A DNA stretch of 64,000 nt from Thermoplasmata archaeon (GTDB taxonomy: Archaea; Thermoplasmatota; Thermoplasmata; Lutacidiplasmatales; UBA184). The stretch lies in contig JBARNH010000007.1 of the NCBI GenBank assembly GCA_049802875.1, positions 67,194 through 131,193 on the forward strand, in the 5' to 3' direction. A program made the translations under genes and the position numbers. The notes beneath the pieces are model-generated. The model was not told where the DNA came from and did not search any database. It saw only the letters and a list, made by a program, of their open reading frames with translations. Positions 9,490 through 18,946 of this stretch are shown one piece after another. Every line of letters starts with the position of its first letter. The stretch's first letter is position 1.

Positions 9490-10593
9490 ATGCGCGCGGT
9501 CTTCGCGGCTGTCATCGCCCTAGCGTTGATCTTGTTGACCGGCTCGACGCTTGTGAGTCCGACGGCGCACGATGCTGCCAGTGTTTATACGAACATGGCC
9601 ACGGTCGCGGGTTTCTCTGGGACTGGGACGAACTCCGCTGAGCTAGACACCTACCCGCTGACCTTCACGGAGAGCGGGCTGCCATCGGGAACGAACTGGT
9701 CGGTTAGTCTCAACGATACAACACGGAGCGCGGCGTTGCCTACGATTACCATCGCGGAACCGAATGGGACCTATCAGCTCTACACTTGGGATGTAAAGGG
9801 TTACACGAGCTACTCCAACGTGACGACTCTCAAGGTCAGTGGCGCTCCGATGGACATCACGGTGTACTACACGCCGCCGCCGGCCGGCTTTTACTTTGTA
9901 ACGTTCGTTCAGACAGGGCTGTCCTTTAACGTCGTTTGGGAGGTCCAGCTTTCCGCTATCATCAACGGGACCACCGAACCTGGCGGATTCGGCCAGAATT
10001 ACTTCGGCCCGACCCATACTCCCTCCGCGCCCTACGGAGTCGAAAACGGCACATTCGCTTGGACGGCCTTCCACCCCAGCGTACCAGAGTACCCCATCCC
10101 CACGTACTTTCCGTTTCCGTCTAGTGGGACGGTGGTCGTTAACGGGTCCAGTGTGCTCATCGACCTCGCGTACCGCTACTCCTATCCGTTCTACTTCGAC
10201 GTAGAGGGACTCCCGACCACCGTCCCATTGACCCTACAGATACTCAACGAAACGACAACCGGAAGCGGCAGCGCCGAGTACCTCCTCATGATTCCGAACG
10301 GCACGTTCGAGTGGAACGCCACTGCGCCAGGGTACCAACCGCAAAACGGAACTATCTCCATTCAGGGCATGCCGGAATTCAACGTCAAGGGGATCTCCTT
10401 CGAGGCACTTCCTTCGGCGACGAACCCGCCGTGGGCATGGGTCGAGATCGGTGTGGTCATCGCGGCAATCGGCGTAGGCGCGGCAGCCTTCCTTTTGAGG
10501 TGGCGCAAGGGCGGCGGTCGAATGCGCGAGGGTCAATCTACACCAATCGCTTCTACTCCACCGCCCTCACAACAGCCGCCGTCTCCCCCGTAG
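9490..10593 (+). CDS. secreted, C-terminally membrane-anchored glycoprotein (hypothetical)
   Basis: Signal peptide MRAVFAAVIALALILLTGS. More than 10 N-x-S/T sequons. A TM helix near the C-terminus (WAWVEIGVVIAAIGVGAAAFLL) is followed by a basic and then Pro-rich tail. Confidence 0.65.
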   Translation: MRAVFAAVIALALILLTGSTLVSPTAHDAASVYTNMATVAGFSGTGTNSAELDTYPLTFTESGLPSGTNWSVSLNDTTRSAALPTITIAEPNGTYQLYTWDVKGYTSYSNVTTLKVSGAPMDITVYYTPPPAGFYFVTFVQTGLSFNVVWEVQLSAIINGTTEPGGFGQNYFGPTHTPSAPYGVENGTFAWTAFHPSVPEYPIPTYFPFPSSGTVVVNGSSVLIDLAYRYSYPFYFDVEGLPTTVPLTLQILNETTTGSGSAEYLLMIPNGTFEWNATAPGYQPQNGTISIQGMPEFNVKGISFEALPSATNPPWAWVEIGVVIAAIGVGAAAFLLRWRKGGGRMREGQSTPIASTPPPSQQPPSPP

Positions 10594-10750
10594 CGCATTG
10601 CATCAGGGCCGGGCTTTTCTGGATGAGCGCGTATCGGACCTTTTGAAAGCGCCTGCGCCTCTTCAAACCATTCACGCCCTTTCGAACGAGGCGGGGTTTA
10701 CACCCTGGGGGAGTGTCGACTGCTGTATGGGCGCACCTCGGCGGTGACTC

Positions 10751-10770
10751 GGTGCAATGAAGTTTGCAAC
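10751..10770. repeat. GGTGCAA-N6-TTGCACC family palindromic motif
   Basis: GGTGCAATGAAGTTTGCAAC. First of a tandem doublet. Confidence 0.6.
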
Positions 10771-10787
10771 TGCTAGATCCGCCGATT

Positions 10788-10807
10788 GGGTGCAAAGTGT
10801 TTGCGCC
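10788..10807. repeat. GGTGCAA-N6-TTGCACC family palindromic motif
   Basis: GGGTGCAAAGTGTTTGCGCC. Second of the doublet. Confidence 0.5.
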
Positions 10808-11242
10808 GCTTTTCGAGGACCCGATCCTCGCACTGAAGAGTTGGTCTCGCTGGTCCCAAATAGGAAGGGCGGGCTAAACGTGCCGTCGTTAACATTCTGT
10901 TCCGAACAGCGTTAATTAACGATTTCTCGTTAGTCAACTTCATCAGCTTCTTCGAGGCCTAAGAGGCGAACTTCCCCTTGGGGAATCGAAGCTGCGACCG
11001 AGACTCCGCATCGAAGGGGAAGCAGCTGTCCCCGCCGACGTGTTTGGTGGGCCTTGTGCAACGCGCCTCGCGCCAAAGACCTGCCCAGGAGCGCCCCCGT
11101 CGACGTGAATCCCTCGCAAAGCGTCCGACCTAATCGCAGTTGGGAGTTCCGCCTCTGAAGCGCGGCCAACAACGGGATCATCAAGGGGGCATCGTTCATT
11201 TGCTTACCTAAGCTTATGTAAGGAAACTATTGTGTCCCCACC

Positions 11243-12367
11243 GTGCAGCCCTACGATCCACAACGTCCGGCGAGCCCCGGGACGTTTGCCGGACGTCACG
11301 AACTGTTGGAGTTCGCCGGCAATGCTCTGCGGGTCGCCGCGACACTTCATCGCGGGAGCGCGATTCTGCTTTACGGGTACCGGGGGAGTGGTAAGACCTC
11401 GGCCCTCCGAAAGATTCAATCCATTGTTAGAGACACTACCCCACACGGCGTTGTTATTGAAGTTCCACTCCGTGTGCCTAGCACAGAAGCGATGCTGGTC
11501 CACAGCATCGCCGAGATGGTACGTCGCGAAGTGACGTCCCAGGAAAAACTCACAAGCCGGATGAAGAAAGCGCTCGGAAACCTGAGCGCGGTAACGGTTC
11601 TGGGGAGCGGGATCGAGCGAACGAAACCACTACCCTTCACGCCCTCCACACTCCTCACAGTGTGGAAGGACGCACTCCTTGCACTCGGGGATCTGCCCCT
11701 TTTGGCAATCAGCATCGACGACGCCGAGCTTCTCAAGGCCGGCGAAATTGGGATTCTCAAGACGATGGTTGAAACAGACTCTCCAGTGCCGATTCTGATG
11801 GTGGTTGCTGGTGGACCTGAGCTCATCGAGAAACTCTCTCTTCGCGAAGCGTCACCAATCCTTCGGTCGTTCTCGGGTGCAGTCTTTGACATCGGCCAGT
11901 TCTCGGAGGTGGAAACTCTGGAGGCCCTGGAAGCCCCCGTTAAACAGATCAAGGGGACCGGACGGTGGGACGCCTCGGCGGTTAAGGCGATTCACCATCT
12001 GACACACGGATACCCCTACCTGGTGCAATGCTTCGCGGCGGCGGCATATCAAGACAGTCGACGCATCAAGGGTGAAGACGTTCAACGGGCGATCCCTGGA
12101 GCCATGCAACTGGCTTCGAGCTGGCTCGAACGCGAGCTTCCGGAAGCCTCAGACGAAGACATCAGGGCATTCGCCAAAATCGCCACTTCAGGCAAAGTCG
12201 AGTTTCGAAGTTCCGACGCCATCCGGATGGGCATCAATCACATCTATCTCTCAAGGCTCACTACTCAAGGAGTCCTCAAGCGGCTGGCCCGGGGTCATTA
12301 CGAGCTTCGAATGGCGCCCGCGATCGCATACTTTCACGCGCTGAGGCGAGGGCTAAGCGCAGTCTGA
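11243..12367 (+). CDS. AAA+ ATPase of the archaeal-ATPase (Arch_ATPase-like) family with C-terminal winged-helix-like region
   Basis: Walker A YGYRGSGKTSAL. Walker B LLAISIDDAEL. Overall architecture resembles orphan archaeal ATPases. An AT-rich region lies upstream. Confidence 0.65.
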   Translation: MQPYDPQRPASPGTFAGRHELLEFAGNALRVAATLHRGSAILLYGYRGSGKTSALRKIQSIVRDTTPHGVVIEVPLRVPSTEAMLVHSIAEMVRREVTSQEKLTSRMKKALGNLSAVTVLGSGIERTKPLPFTPSTLLTVWKDALLALGDLPLLAISIDDAELLKAGEIGILKTMVETDSPVPILMVVAGGPELIEKLSLREASPILRSFSGAVFDIGQFSEVETLEALEAPVKQIKGTGRWDASAVKAIHHLTHGYPYLVQCFAAAAYQDSRRIKGEDVQRAIPGAMQLASSWLERELPEASDEDIRAFAKIATSGKVEFRSSDAIRMGINHIYLSRLTTQGVLKRLARGHYELRMAPAIAYFHALRRGLSAV

Positions 12368-12537
12368 GTCACTGTAGGCGGTAGCTTCGAAGCGGCCAAG
12401 ACCAGAGCTTGAGTGGGCATGCGGCCGCCTAACCGATTGTTAGGAAAGATTAGGTAAGGAAATGTTGGACTTGCCCGTCGACCCCCGTCCTAGCTTCGGC
12501 GTTTGAGGGATGGCTCGTGGGCACTCAAAGCGAGAGT

Positions 12538-12559
12538 GGGTGCAATGAAGCTTGCACCC
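12538..12559. repeat. GGTGCAA-N6-TTGCACC family palindromic motif
   Basis: GGGTGCAATGAAGCTTGCACCC. Between convergent genes. Confidence 0.65.
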
Positions 12560-12633
12560 ACTCCGAATCTGCTGACTCGTTGCGAGGCTGCATCAGGCGT
12601 TCGGAAAGGGGTCCCTTTCGTGTGGGCGTGAGG

Positions 12634-13146
12634 TCACAACGTTGGTGCCGAGTAACTGTAACTCAGGCTTCCACTGACGGTCACCACCGAGAAGGGGCAG
12701 GGCACTACGGGTGAGTTTGCCATAATCTCCAGACAGAAGACGTAGATCGACGCCGTGGAATCGACTCCGAATCTTCCCGCCTGGCCCCCATAGGTCAATC
12801 CATGGTAGAGCGTTGCCCGAGTTGAGTTGTTGGTGGAGTTGTAGACTGTCAGGTACGTCGGATTGCCGTTCGGCACGTACCAGGTGAAGCTGTAAATCCC
12901 GGTTTGGTAGAAGACCGTACCTTGACAGGAAGGCGCGGAAGTGTTCGAGGGAATCGTAATGAGGATCACGTAGTCTGCGGTCGCCGGGTGCGAGACAGGG
13001 ACGATGAAAAGAAATCCCAAGACCGATCCGATGACGACCCCAACCGCGATCGCGTAAGTCCATCTGGGTCGTTTGGGGGGCCGTCGCCACCAACCCCCCG
13101 GCGCACCTTGATGAGAGTCCTCCATCGTTGGGCAGGGTAAGGACAC
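12634..13146 (-). CDS. hypothetical membrane-anchored extracellular protein
   Basis: 170-aa ORF with an N-terminal TM segment (YAIAVGVVIGSVLGFLFIV) and N-x-S/T sequons. The overlapping alternative frame 12593..13168 is less protein-like. Confidence 0.45.
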   Translation of the reverse strand: MSLPCPTMEDSHQGAPGGWWRRPPKRPRWTYAIAVGVVIGSVLGFLFIVPVSHPATADYVILITIPSNTSAPSCQGTVFYQTGIYSFTWYVPNGNPTYLTVYNSTNNSTRATLYHGLTYGGQAGRFGVDSTASIYVFCLEIMANSPVVPCPFSVVTVSGSLSYSYSAPTL

Positions 13147-13267
13147 AGACCCGCTTGGCGTCTTGCATTAAATGGGCTGGTTTCCGAATGGATGGTCCTC
13201 GTCACGGAGCATCGAACCGGTTTGTAACGAGCGAATTGCGTAATGGGAAGCTCGTTCGGGTTGAGGT

Positions 13268-13289
13268 GGGTGCAATAGCACTAACACCC
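13268..13289. repeat. palindromic motif copy (degenerate 3' half)
   Basis: GGGTGCAATAGCACTAACACCC. Confidence 0.4.
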
Positions 13290-13570
13290 ATCACTCAGCA
13301 TTAGGTGTAATCGAGCCTGCGGCCAAAACTCTGATTCGCGCGAGAAGCCATTCTCGGGAGCGGAGTGCGGCAGACCGCCAACCCAGCGTTGACAATCCGC
13401 GTAAATTCCATTCGTTTCGTTCGGGAATCTGATTGGCGCCTCTGACCGCGTATTCGGCCACACACCCCCGCGCCAGAGTTGTGACGCGGATCAGAAGCAT
13501 GGCCGCCACAACCGACCGCTGCGTTCTAATAATATGAAACCGCATCAATGCGCATCATCCGGGCTTCCAT

Positions 13571-15301
13571 GTGGCTCCCTCGCGTCCCCTAGCCAGCGAC
13601 CCAGCTCGCCATCTCGGCCGGTTCGGGACTGGTACAAAGTTCGCCGCGATCGCTTTCACCTTGCTGCTGATTGTAGTCGGAGCGTGGTGGGGGCTCAGCG
13701 AACGCCCTTCGGCGGGAGCTGGTGGCCAGCCCGTCGGCCCTCCCGCCGCCGCATCTCCGCCCGAAATCAAGCGCTTCCTTTGGGCACCCTCCAGCTTCGA
13801 GGTCAACAATACAACCAAGGGAGTGGTCACCACATCAGCGGGTCAGGGGCCCTACTCGTACGTTTGGTATGGCCTGCCCGACCCGTGTACGTCCCAGAAT
13901 TCATCCAATCTCTCTTGCGCCCCTTCCGTCGCCGGGACCTACAATGTGACGGTCACCGTGAGCAACGTGGCGGGATTCGCGTCAGATTCCGCCGCAATGA
14001 CTGTCAGCCCCTCCTCCCGTAACGTAACGCCGCCGCGTCCCAGTGGGCTGAATGTGACGTTGGTTAGTGGCAGGGAGATCGACGCAGCGGGTCAATCCTA
14101 TTTCGGGGTGGTGGCCCAAACGAACTGCTACAACTGTATCGCGGGGGCGGACGGACTCTATCTGAACGAGACCCCCTACGATGACATTCGGTACGGGCAG
14201 GGGGGCGATTCCTGTGACGTGGTCAACAATTCGTTCTACCAGAACGGAATCGTCGTGGGCCACTGTCCCTTTTCCATCAGCGCCCTCAAGCAATGGTGCT
14301 ACTCCACCACCCCCCACTGCAACTGGTATGTCGGAATGCCGGCCGAGATCAACAACCCGGGTTACGCGGGGTACGAAGCCAAGTGGCTGGTGGATACCAT
14401 GGGTTTTCCTCCCACGTACTGGTCGATCGGGAACGAACCTGAGAGCTATACGAACTGGAACTGTGCTTGGACCACGTGGGCGACCTGCAAGGGTACTCCC
14501 ACCGCGGAACAATGGGCGACGGAGGTCCTAGCGTACTCGCAAGCAATCCGGGCGGTCGTTCCCTCTGCGAAGATCATCGGCATCCAGGCGGTCGGTTCGT
14601 ACTCCACTTTCATTCCAACGCTCGCGGCGTCGCCCGCGGCGAAGTATCTGTACGCCATCGCTTTTCACGATTATCCGCCCCCGGCGGGAAGTAGCGAGAC
14701 CGACTACCTCTCCTCAATCACCGGCCAATACGCGCTGACCAACGAGGTGCAGGAGGTCCGGGCGGGGATCACCGCAGTGAATGCCTCGATGGCGAACCTG
14801 CCCATCTTCGTGGGTGAGTTCAACGGCGGGCCGTGTCCCATCCCTTCTCCCTTTGACCAAGGTTTCCCGGACGTTCTGCTGTACATGGGAACGGTGATCC
14901 AGGGGCTCCAGGCCAATCTGTCCGAGCTCGACTACTTTGCCTTGGCGAATGACGGTTTCTCGTTGGTGGGCACGAATTTCACTCCTTATCCCACCGGAAC
15001 GTGGATGACGGAGATGCACGGAGTTCGGTACGGTGACGCATACGACTACACCATCACCGGGGATGTGCCCGACGTCTGGTCGATCGAGTGGCGGGATGGA
15101 ACAAACGAGACTTTGATGGTGGTCAATGCCAACACGTCCGAACAATTGTCGCTCAGTGTCGGCACGAATTTCACCGAGGGATCCTTGGGCCACACGGTCT
15201 TCTGGAACGGGACCACCAGTGAACCGGAGGTGTCCGCTCTGCCGCTCCCGCAATACTACGCCGTTCCCCCAGAGTCCATTCTTCTAGTGGAGAACTACTG
15301 A
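13571..15301 (+). CDS. membrane-anchored extracellular glycoside-hydrolase-like protein (clan GH-A-like TIM barrel)
   Basis: GTG start. N-terminal signal anchor FAAIAFTLLLIVVGAWWGL. A PKD/Ig-like segment. WSIGNEPE (acid/base NEP motif) and FVGEFNGG (nucleophile GE[FY]). Many N-glycosylation sequons. Confidence 0.55.
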   Translation: MAPSRPLASDPARHLGRFGTGTKFAAIAFTLLLIVVGAWWGLSERPSAGAGGQPVGPPAAASPPEIKRFLWAPSSFEVNNTTKGVVTTSAGQGPYSYVWYGLPDPCTSQNSSNLSCAPSVAGTYNVTVTVSNVAGFASDSAAMTVSPSSRNVTPPRPSGLNVTLVSGREIDAAGQSYFGVVAQTNCYNCIAGADGLYLNETPYDDIRYGQGGDSCDVVNNSFYQNGIVVGHCPFSISALKQWCYSTTPHCNWYVGMPAEINNPGYAGYEAKWLVDTMGFPPTYWSIGNEPESYTNWNCAWTTWATCKGTPTAEQWATEVLAYSQAIRAVVPSAKIIGIQAVGSYSTFIPTLAASPAAKYLYAIAFHDYPPPAGSSETDYLSSITGQYALTNEVQEVRAGITAVNASMANLPIFVGEFNGGPCPIPSPFDQGFPDVLLYMGTVIQGLQANLSELDYFALANDGFSLVGTNFTPYPTGTWMTEMHGVRYGDAYDYTITGDVPDVWSIEWRDGTNETLMVVNANTSEQLSLSVGTNFTEGSLGHTVFWNGTTSEPEVSALPLPQYYAVPPESILLVENY

Positions 15302-15437
15302 TCCCACACGTAGCTCCTCTCGCGAACAATGCGCATAGTGGTCAGCGCGCGACGAATTCAACTTCCGAACTGCACCAATCCTCCGTTCGAAGGTTAAGTG
15401 GTGCATCACCTACAAGTTGGATTTCCGCGCATACCTT

Positions 15438-15459
15438 GGGTGCAAAGCCGCTTGCAACC
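15438..15459. repeat. GGTGCAA-N6-TTGCACC family palindromic motif
   Basis: GGGTGCAAAGCCGCTTGCAACC. First of a tandem doublet. Confidence 0.6.
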
Positions 15460-15475
15460 ACTCACCACGCCGGCT

Positions 15476-15497
15476 GGGTGCAATAGTACTTGCTCCC
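15476..15497. repeat. GGTGCAA-N6-TTGCACC family palindromic motif
   Basis: GGGTGCAATAGTACTTGCTCCC. Second of the doublet. Confidence 0.55.
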
Positions 15498-15590
15498 ACC
15501 AGCGAGGGGATGCCAGGATATGGGGGGAGTTCACGACCACTTAGCGGAATGCCAAGGTTGGTCTCGACTGCCCAGAGACTCAGTGCGAAG

Positions 15591-16313
15591 TCATGCTGGT
15601 TCAATCGAACTGACAGGAATGCAACTCTGGACCATGTTGGCGAAACGCGACCAGCGAGAGAGGTTTGTCCGGCTTTCAGGGCTGCCTTGAAGCAATCTCG
15701 ATAACGTGTCGACATACGTCTTCCGATCGTTGACGCGACTCAGCACCAACTTGAACTTCCTCAGAGCAACTGACTGGAGGAACCGGCCGAACAGCTCACG
15801 GACCTCTCCTAGATTGACTTCCTGACTCATGATGCCGAAGAGATCGGTGAGGTCGTGGGGGCGTCCGGCTAGGAGCTTCGTCGCCCACAGCCCTTCCAAG
15901 CGCACCACATCCACCTGACTGCTTAGGGGCCCGGAGAGAAGCTCGAGGCGAACGGACCGTGGGCTACGAAGCAGCCAATCTCCGGGGATGGTCACGCCCG
16001 AGTCTCTGTCGCGCACCCCGCCTATCATCAGGTCTAGCGTGATCGCCCGATATTCCCATCGTTGAACCTCGAGGCTGGCTCTCCCTTGGTGGAAAACACG
16101 ATGCCCCGGGGCCAACAGTAGGTGGTGAGATTTTAGCCAGTCGGCCCAATCAACCCTACTCCGTTCGGAGACGACGACGTCGACATCAACCGAGTACCGT
16201 GGGGTGCCGTAGGCGGCGACCGCGTAGCCACCCACAACCACGCCATCGAGCTCCGTCGGCCAAGCCTCGAGCAGCCTGGCTACCTGGAGCTCACGCTGAT
16301 CCGCGTCGATCAT
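15591..16313 (-). CDS. abiEii: AbiEii-like nucleotidyltransferase (type IV toxin-antitoxin toxin candidate)
   Basis: The ORF-track ORF is 15591..16454. The likely start is the ATG at 16313 (MIDADQ...). It has the pol-beta NTase motif GG-x13-DVDV (VVGGYAVAAYGTPRYSVDVDVVV). It overlaps the upstream wHTH gene by 23 nt. Confidence 0.55.
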   Translation of the reverse strand: MIDADQRELQVARLLEAWPTELDGVVVGGYAVAAYGTPRYSVDVDVVVSERSRVDWADWLKSHHLLLAPGHRVFHQGRASLEVQRWEYRAITLDLMIGGVRDRDSGVTIPGDWLLRSPRSVRLELLSGPLSSQVDVVRLEGLWATKLLAGRPHDLTDLFGIMSQEVNLGEVRELFGRFLQSVALRKFKLVLSRVNDRKTYVDTLSRLLQGSPESRTNLSRWSRFANMVQSCIPVSSIEPA

Positions 16314-16875
16314 GCACGAGTTCCGCAGCGTTCGCGAAGATGGCGGGGTGCGCACGTATGAGCTCCAACACGTCGGATCTCGGAATGACGGGCTCCCCGG
16401 CGTGAAACGCCACCTTGACTTCCTCGAGAGGCACGAGCTCGATCCGCGGTCCAATTCGTCGCCTCGACCGTCGCGAAAGTCCCTTTGCGCGCAAGTAACG
16501 GTCCCAGCGCTCCAATGAAGTCGCCGGAACCGCGAGCGTGTAAACGCGAACGAAGACGGAAGGCGACGTTCGGTATCGTCCGCCGGTCCACACCTCGACC
16601 GCGTTCGCTCCCGCCCAGGCCTTCGTCCCCGGACCCCTCAGGAGGGTTTCCCGGATGCGTCGCCACTCGAACCGCCTGAGATCTGGCCGCTCCGTTGGGC
16701 CAAGCCGACGGTACCGCCCTCTCCCGACACGTGCGATGTGCCCGCGCGCCTTCAGTTCGCTGAGCACCTTGCCTGCACGGGGATTGGCCACGCGACTCGC
16801 GAAGTCTCGCACAGTGAATTCTGAGATCCCGTACAGATGGTCAATGGCATCGACGTACGCGGTCGCCATGGTCAC
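16291..16875 (-). CDS. abiEi: AbiEi-like winged-helix antitoxin/transcriptional regulator
   Basis: 194 aa with an N-terminal wHTH (FTVRDFASRV..GKVLSELKARGHIARVGRGRY). GTG start at 16875 (ATG at 16869). It sits directly upstream of the NTase gene with overlapping ends. Confidence 0.55.
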   Translation of the reverse strand: MTMATAYVDAIDHLYGISEFTVRDFASRVANPRAGKVLSELKARGHIARVGRGRYRRLGPTERPDLRRFEWRRIRETLLRGPGTKAWAGANAVEVWTGGRYRTSPSVFVRVYTLAVPATSLERWDRYLRAKGLSRRSRRRIGPRIELVPLEEVKVAFHAGEPVIPRSDVLELIRAHPAIFANAAELVHDRRGSA

Positions 16876-16879
16876 TTAT

Positions 16880-16915
16880 TATCGGAACTATTATTTAATA
16901 ATTGTTATCATTGGG
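16880..16915 (-). promoter_or_regulatory. AT-rich TATA-like promoter element for abiEi-abiEii
   Basis: TTATTATCGGAACTATTATTTAATAATTGTTATCA lies immediately upstream of the minus-strand start codon, in an otherwise ~65% GC background. Confidence 0.45.
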
Positions 16916-17023
16916 AGGTCGATTTCTCGCCGGAGGCTGCGCCACGCGATAGCCGAAGTCGAGACGCTCCGATGAGGGCGGCTCACGGGTCGGAAAGGTG
17001 CAACGCCCATTGCGCCCGGGTCT

Positions 17024-17632
17024 CTACTTTCGACGCGAGGTTCCGGCCCTGCCTCGGGATAAGTTCCAGGGAAAAGAACGTTCGGGTTGGTCTCTAGAGG
17101 ACAGACGAGACGCCGCCGTCTCGATCGCTAACTGAGCCGAAGCCACCGAGCCAGAGAAGCGGGGCGCTCGAGCGCTTGCACTCCACATTGCCCAGCTTTC
17201 TGCTTCGAGCGCGTGCGCGCCGGAGCTGGTATGCACAGACCGGGTGACGACCAACAACCGCTGTTCGAGAGCACGTAGAGCGGGTCGGAACCCTTGAGAT
17301 CTCGCCCCAAAGTTGGCTGGCAGGTGGTCGCTCCGTAAGGTTCCATCGCGATCGATTCGGGCCAAGAGTTGTTGTGCAACGACACTGAGTCCGGCCATCT
17401 GCCAGGATGTCCGAGCTTCTCCTACTCTAACTAGCGCCGGCCAGAGTCGCCGATGGACCATTGTGAGCTTTCTGTTCCAGATCCGCAGGACTAGAACGTC
17501 GGGATCGGCCTCGAGAGCCTCAGCCACCTGATAGATCAACCGTCCGGTCGGATGCCCCCACCACGACCCGGAGACGGGCGCGCCCACGACTATCGAGACG
17601 AGAGATGGAACGGTCGAATCCGAAACAGGCAT
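17024..17632 (-). CDS. hypothetical protein
   Basis: The ORF-track ORF is 17024..17875. The start at 17632 (MPVSDS...) is preferred. The longer version overlaps the SRPBCC gene and contains a palindromic-motif half-site at 17756-17780. Confidence 0.4.
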   Translation of the reverse strand: MPVSDSTVPSLVSIVVGAPVSGSWWGHPTGRLIYQVAEALEADPDVLVLRIWNRKLTMVHRRLWPALVRVGEARTSWQMAGLSVVAQQLLARIDRDGTLRSDHLPANFGARSQGFRPALRALEQRLLVVTRSVHTSSGAHALEAESWAMWSASARAPRFSGSVASAQLAIETAASRLSSRDQPERSFPWNLSRGRAGTSRRK

Positions 17633-17813
17633 CAGGCCAATTCTGCGGAGTTCCTTCTTGACACGAGATTGGGCCTGTTGGACGTCACTTGCGACCACAC
17701 CCTCGGAATCGTCGCCTAAGAGATGAAAGATTGGACTCAGATACTTTCGTTCAGGTAGGTGTAACGAGTCTTGCACCCACAACGAAGAGCGGGTGGCGAG
17801 GTGAGCTGAGTAC

Positions 17814-18323
17814 TCACTTGGATCGCTTGGCACTCGATATTGGACGAGCAGGCTGCTTCGTCTTGCCCTTGTCATTCGCGGTAGTGCGGGTTTTGCCTTG
17901 CTTGGAAATCAGTACCCGCAGAGGTCCTTTCACGTAGTATCCCCAAGCGCTCGAACAATCTCCGTAACATTCGACGTCAGGGACCAGGCCGACGTGCGTG
18001 AAACGGAGCTCGGTCTTGTCGCCCTTCTTCGCAATCTCGAAAGTGATCTTGCTCCCGTTCCATTCCGTTTGGTCCTTAACGAAACTGAGCTTGCTGTCTA
18101 GGACCAGCCAGACAACTTTCTTCCCGGGAACGAACTCCGTGATCCTTTGTTTGGTGTAGTGGAGATCCTTGAACTGATATGTCCACACTGCGCCGAGCTT
18201 GTCGGTTGCACCTTTCGCCCCTGGTTCTCCTGTCCACCACCCGCGAACGTCATTGATGGCGCTGAAAACCTCTTCCGGGGTTCGACTCACGGTGTAGGCG
18301 ACACTGAAGTTTGGGCCGCTCAT
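17814..18323 (-). CDS. SRPBCC-family protein (AHSA1/Aha1-like domain)
   Basis: 169 aa: FSVAYTVSRTPEEVFSAINDVRGWW...ITFEIAKKGDKTELRFTH. Typical Aha1-domain pattern. Confidence 0.7.
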   Translation of the reverse strand: MSGPNFSVAYTVSRTPEEVFSAINDVRGWWTGEPGAKGATDKLGAVWTYQFKDLHYTKQRITEFVPGKKVVWLVLDSKLSFVKDQTEWNGSKITFEIAKKGDKTELRFTHVGLVPDVECYGDCSSAWGYYVKGPLRVLISKQGKTRTTANDKGKTKQPARPISSAKRSK

Positions 18324-18382
18324 GGTCTTCCTCCCTATCGCAACTGCAACTTCCGCTCTAGAATAAACTTGACTCGATTATC

Positions 18383-18403
18383 GTTGCAACGCTACTTGCA
18401 CTC
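18383..18403. repeat. GGTGCAA-N6-TTGCACC family palindromic motif
   Basis: GTTGCAACGCTACTTGCACTC. Confidence 0.55.
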
Positions 18404-18456
18404 TCCCGGCGCTCCCTCCCTCTAAGAGAGACGGAGGCCCGAGTCCCCGTGTCGAA

Positions 18457-18858
18457 CTACGCGAAGACTCGGACCGCCCCGTTGGAGACCTCGATTGGAA
18501 GTGGAGTGAGCGGACGACACTCCGTTCGAGCAAAGATCGGCGCCATCGATGCCATCCGTTCCAGAAACTCGGGGGGGAGCTTGTCCATCCCCGCCATCGC
18601 CAAGACCGGTTGCCCACGGACCTCACCGGTGCGCGCATCAAAGACTGCACTGTGTTGGGCGCATTTCACGACTCCGCTCTTGAACGTGCCGAGATCCAGA
18701 GGGGCGTTCATGTGGCCGCAGCGATTCACAAACGCGTGCAGTTCGCCCGACTGATTTAGCACGAGGACGTCTTCACCGCCGGCGCGCCCGTGGGTCATTT
18801 CTCCAGGCTTCAGGGACTTCGCTTCGTTGATTTCGTACCAGGCTTGCACGGAGGTCAC
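18457..18858 (-). CDS. Rieske [2Fe-2S] domain protein
   Basis: CGHMNAPL...CAQHSAVF (CxH-x17-CxxH). GTG start at 18858, chosen by alignment with the paralog 36901..37299 (WYEINEAKSLKPGEM vs WYKAADAKELPQGSM). Confidence 0.7.
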   Translation of the reverse strand: MTSVQAWYEINEAKSLKPGEMTHGRAGGEDVLVLNQSGELHAFVNRCGHMNAPLDLGTFKSGVVKCAQHSAVFDARTGEVRGQPVLAMAGMDKLPPEFLERMASMAPIFARTECRPLTPLPIEVSNGAVRVFA

Positions 18859-18946
18859 CGCTGCAGACCAGTTAATGCTCCTACTTAAAGTTTGAAATAT
18901 AAAGTGCAGCAATCCTTTTGAACCCCTCGCTGATGCGCCCGACTCG

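Noticed and set aside
12593-13168. 191-aa ORF
   Set aside because: It overlaps 12634..13146 in another frame. The latter has a signal anchor and sequons, and is preferred.
13534-14022. 162-aa plus-strand ORF and other internal ORFs of 13571..15301 (e.g. 14714..15253 minus)
   Set aside because: They are alternative frames within the glycoside-hydrolase-like gene.
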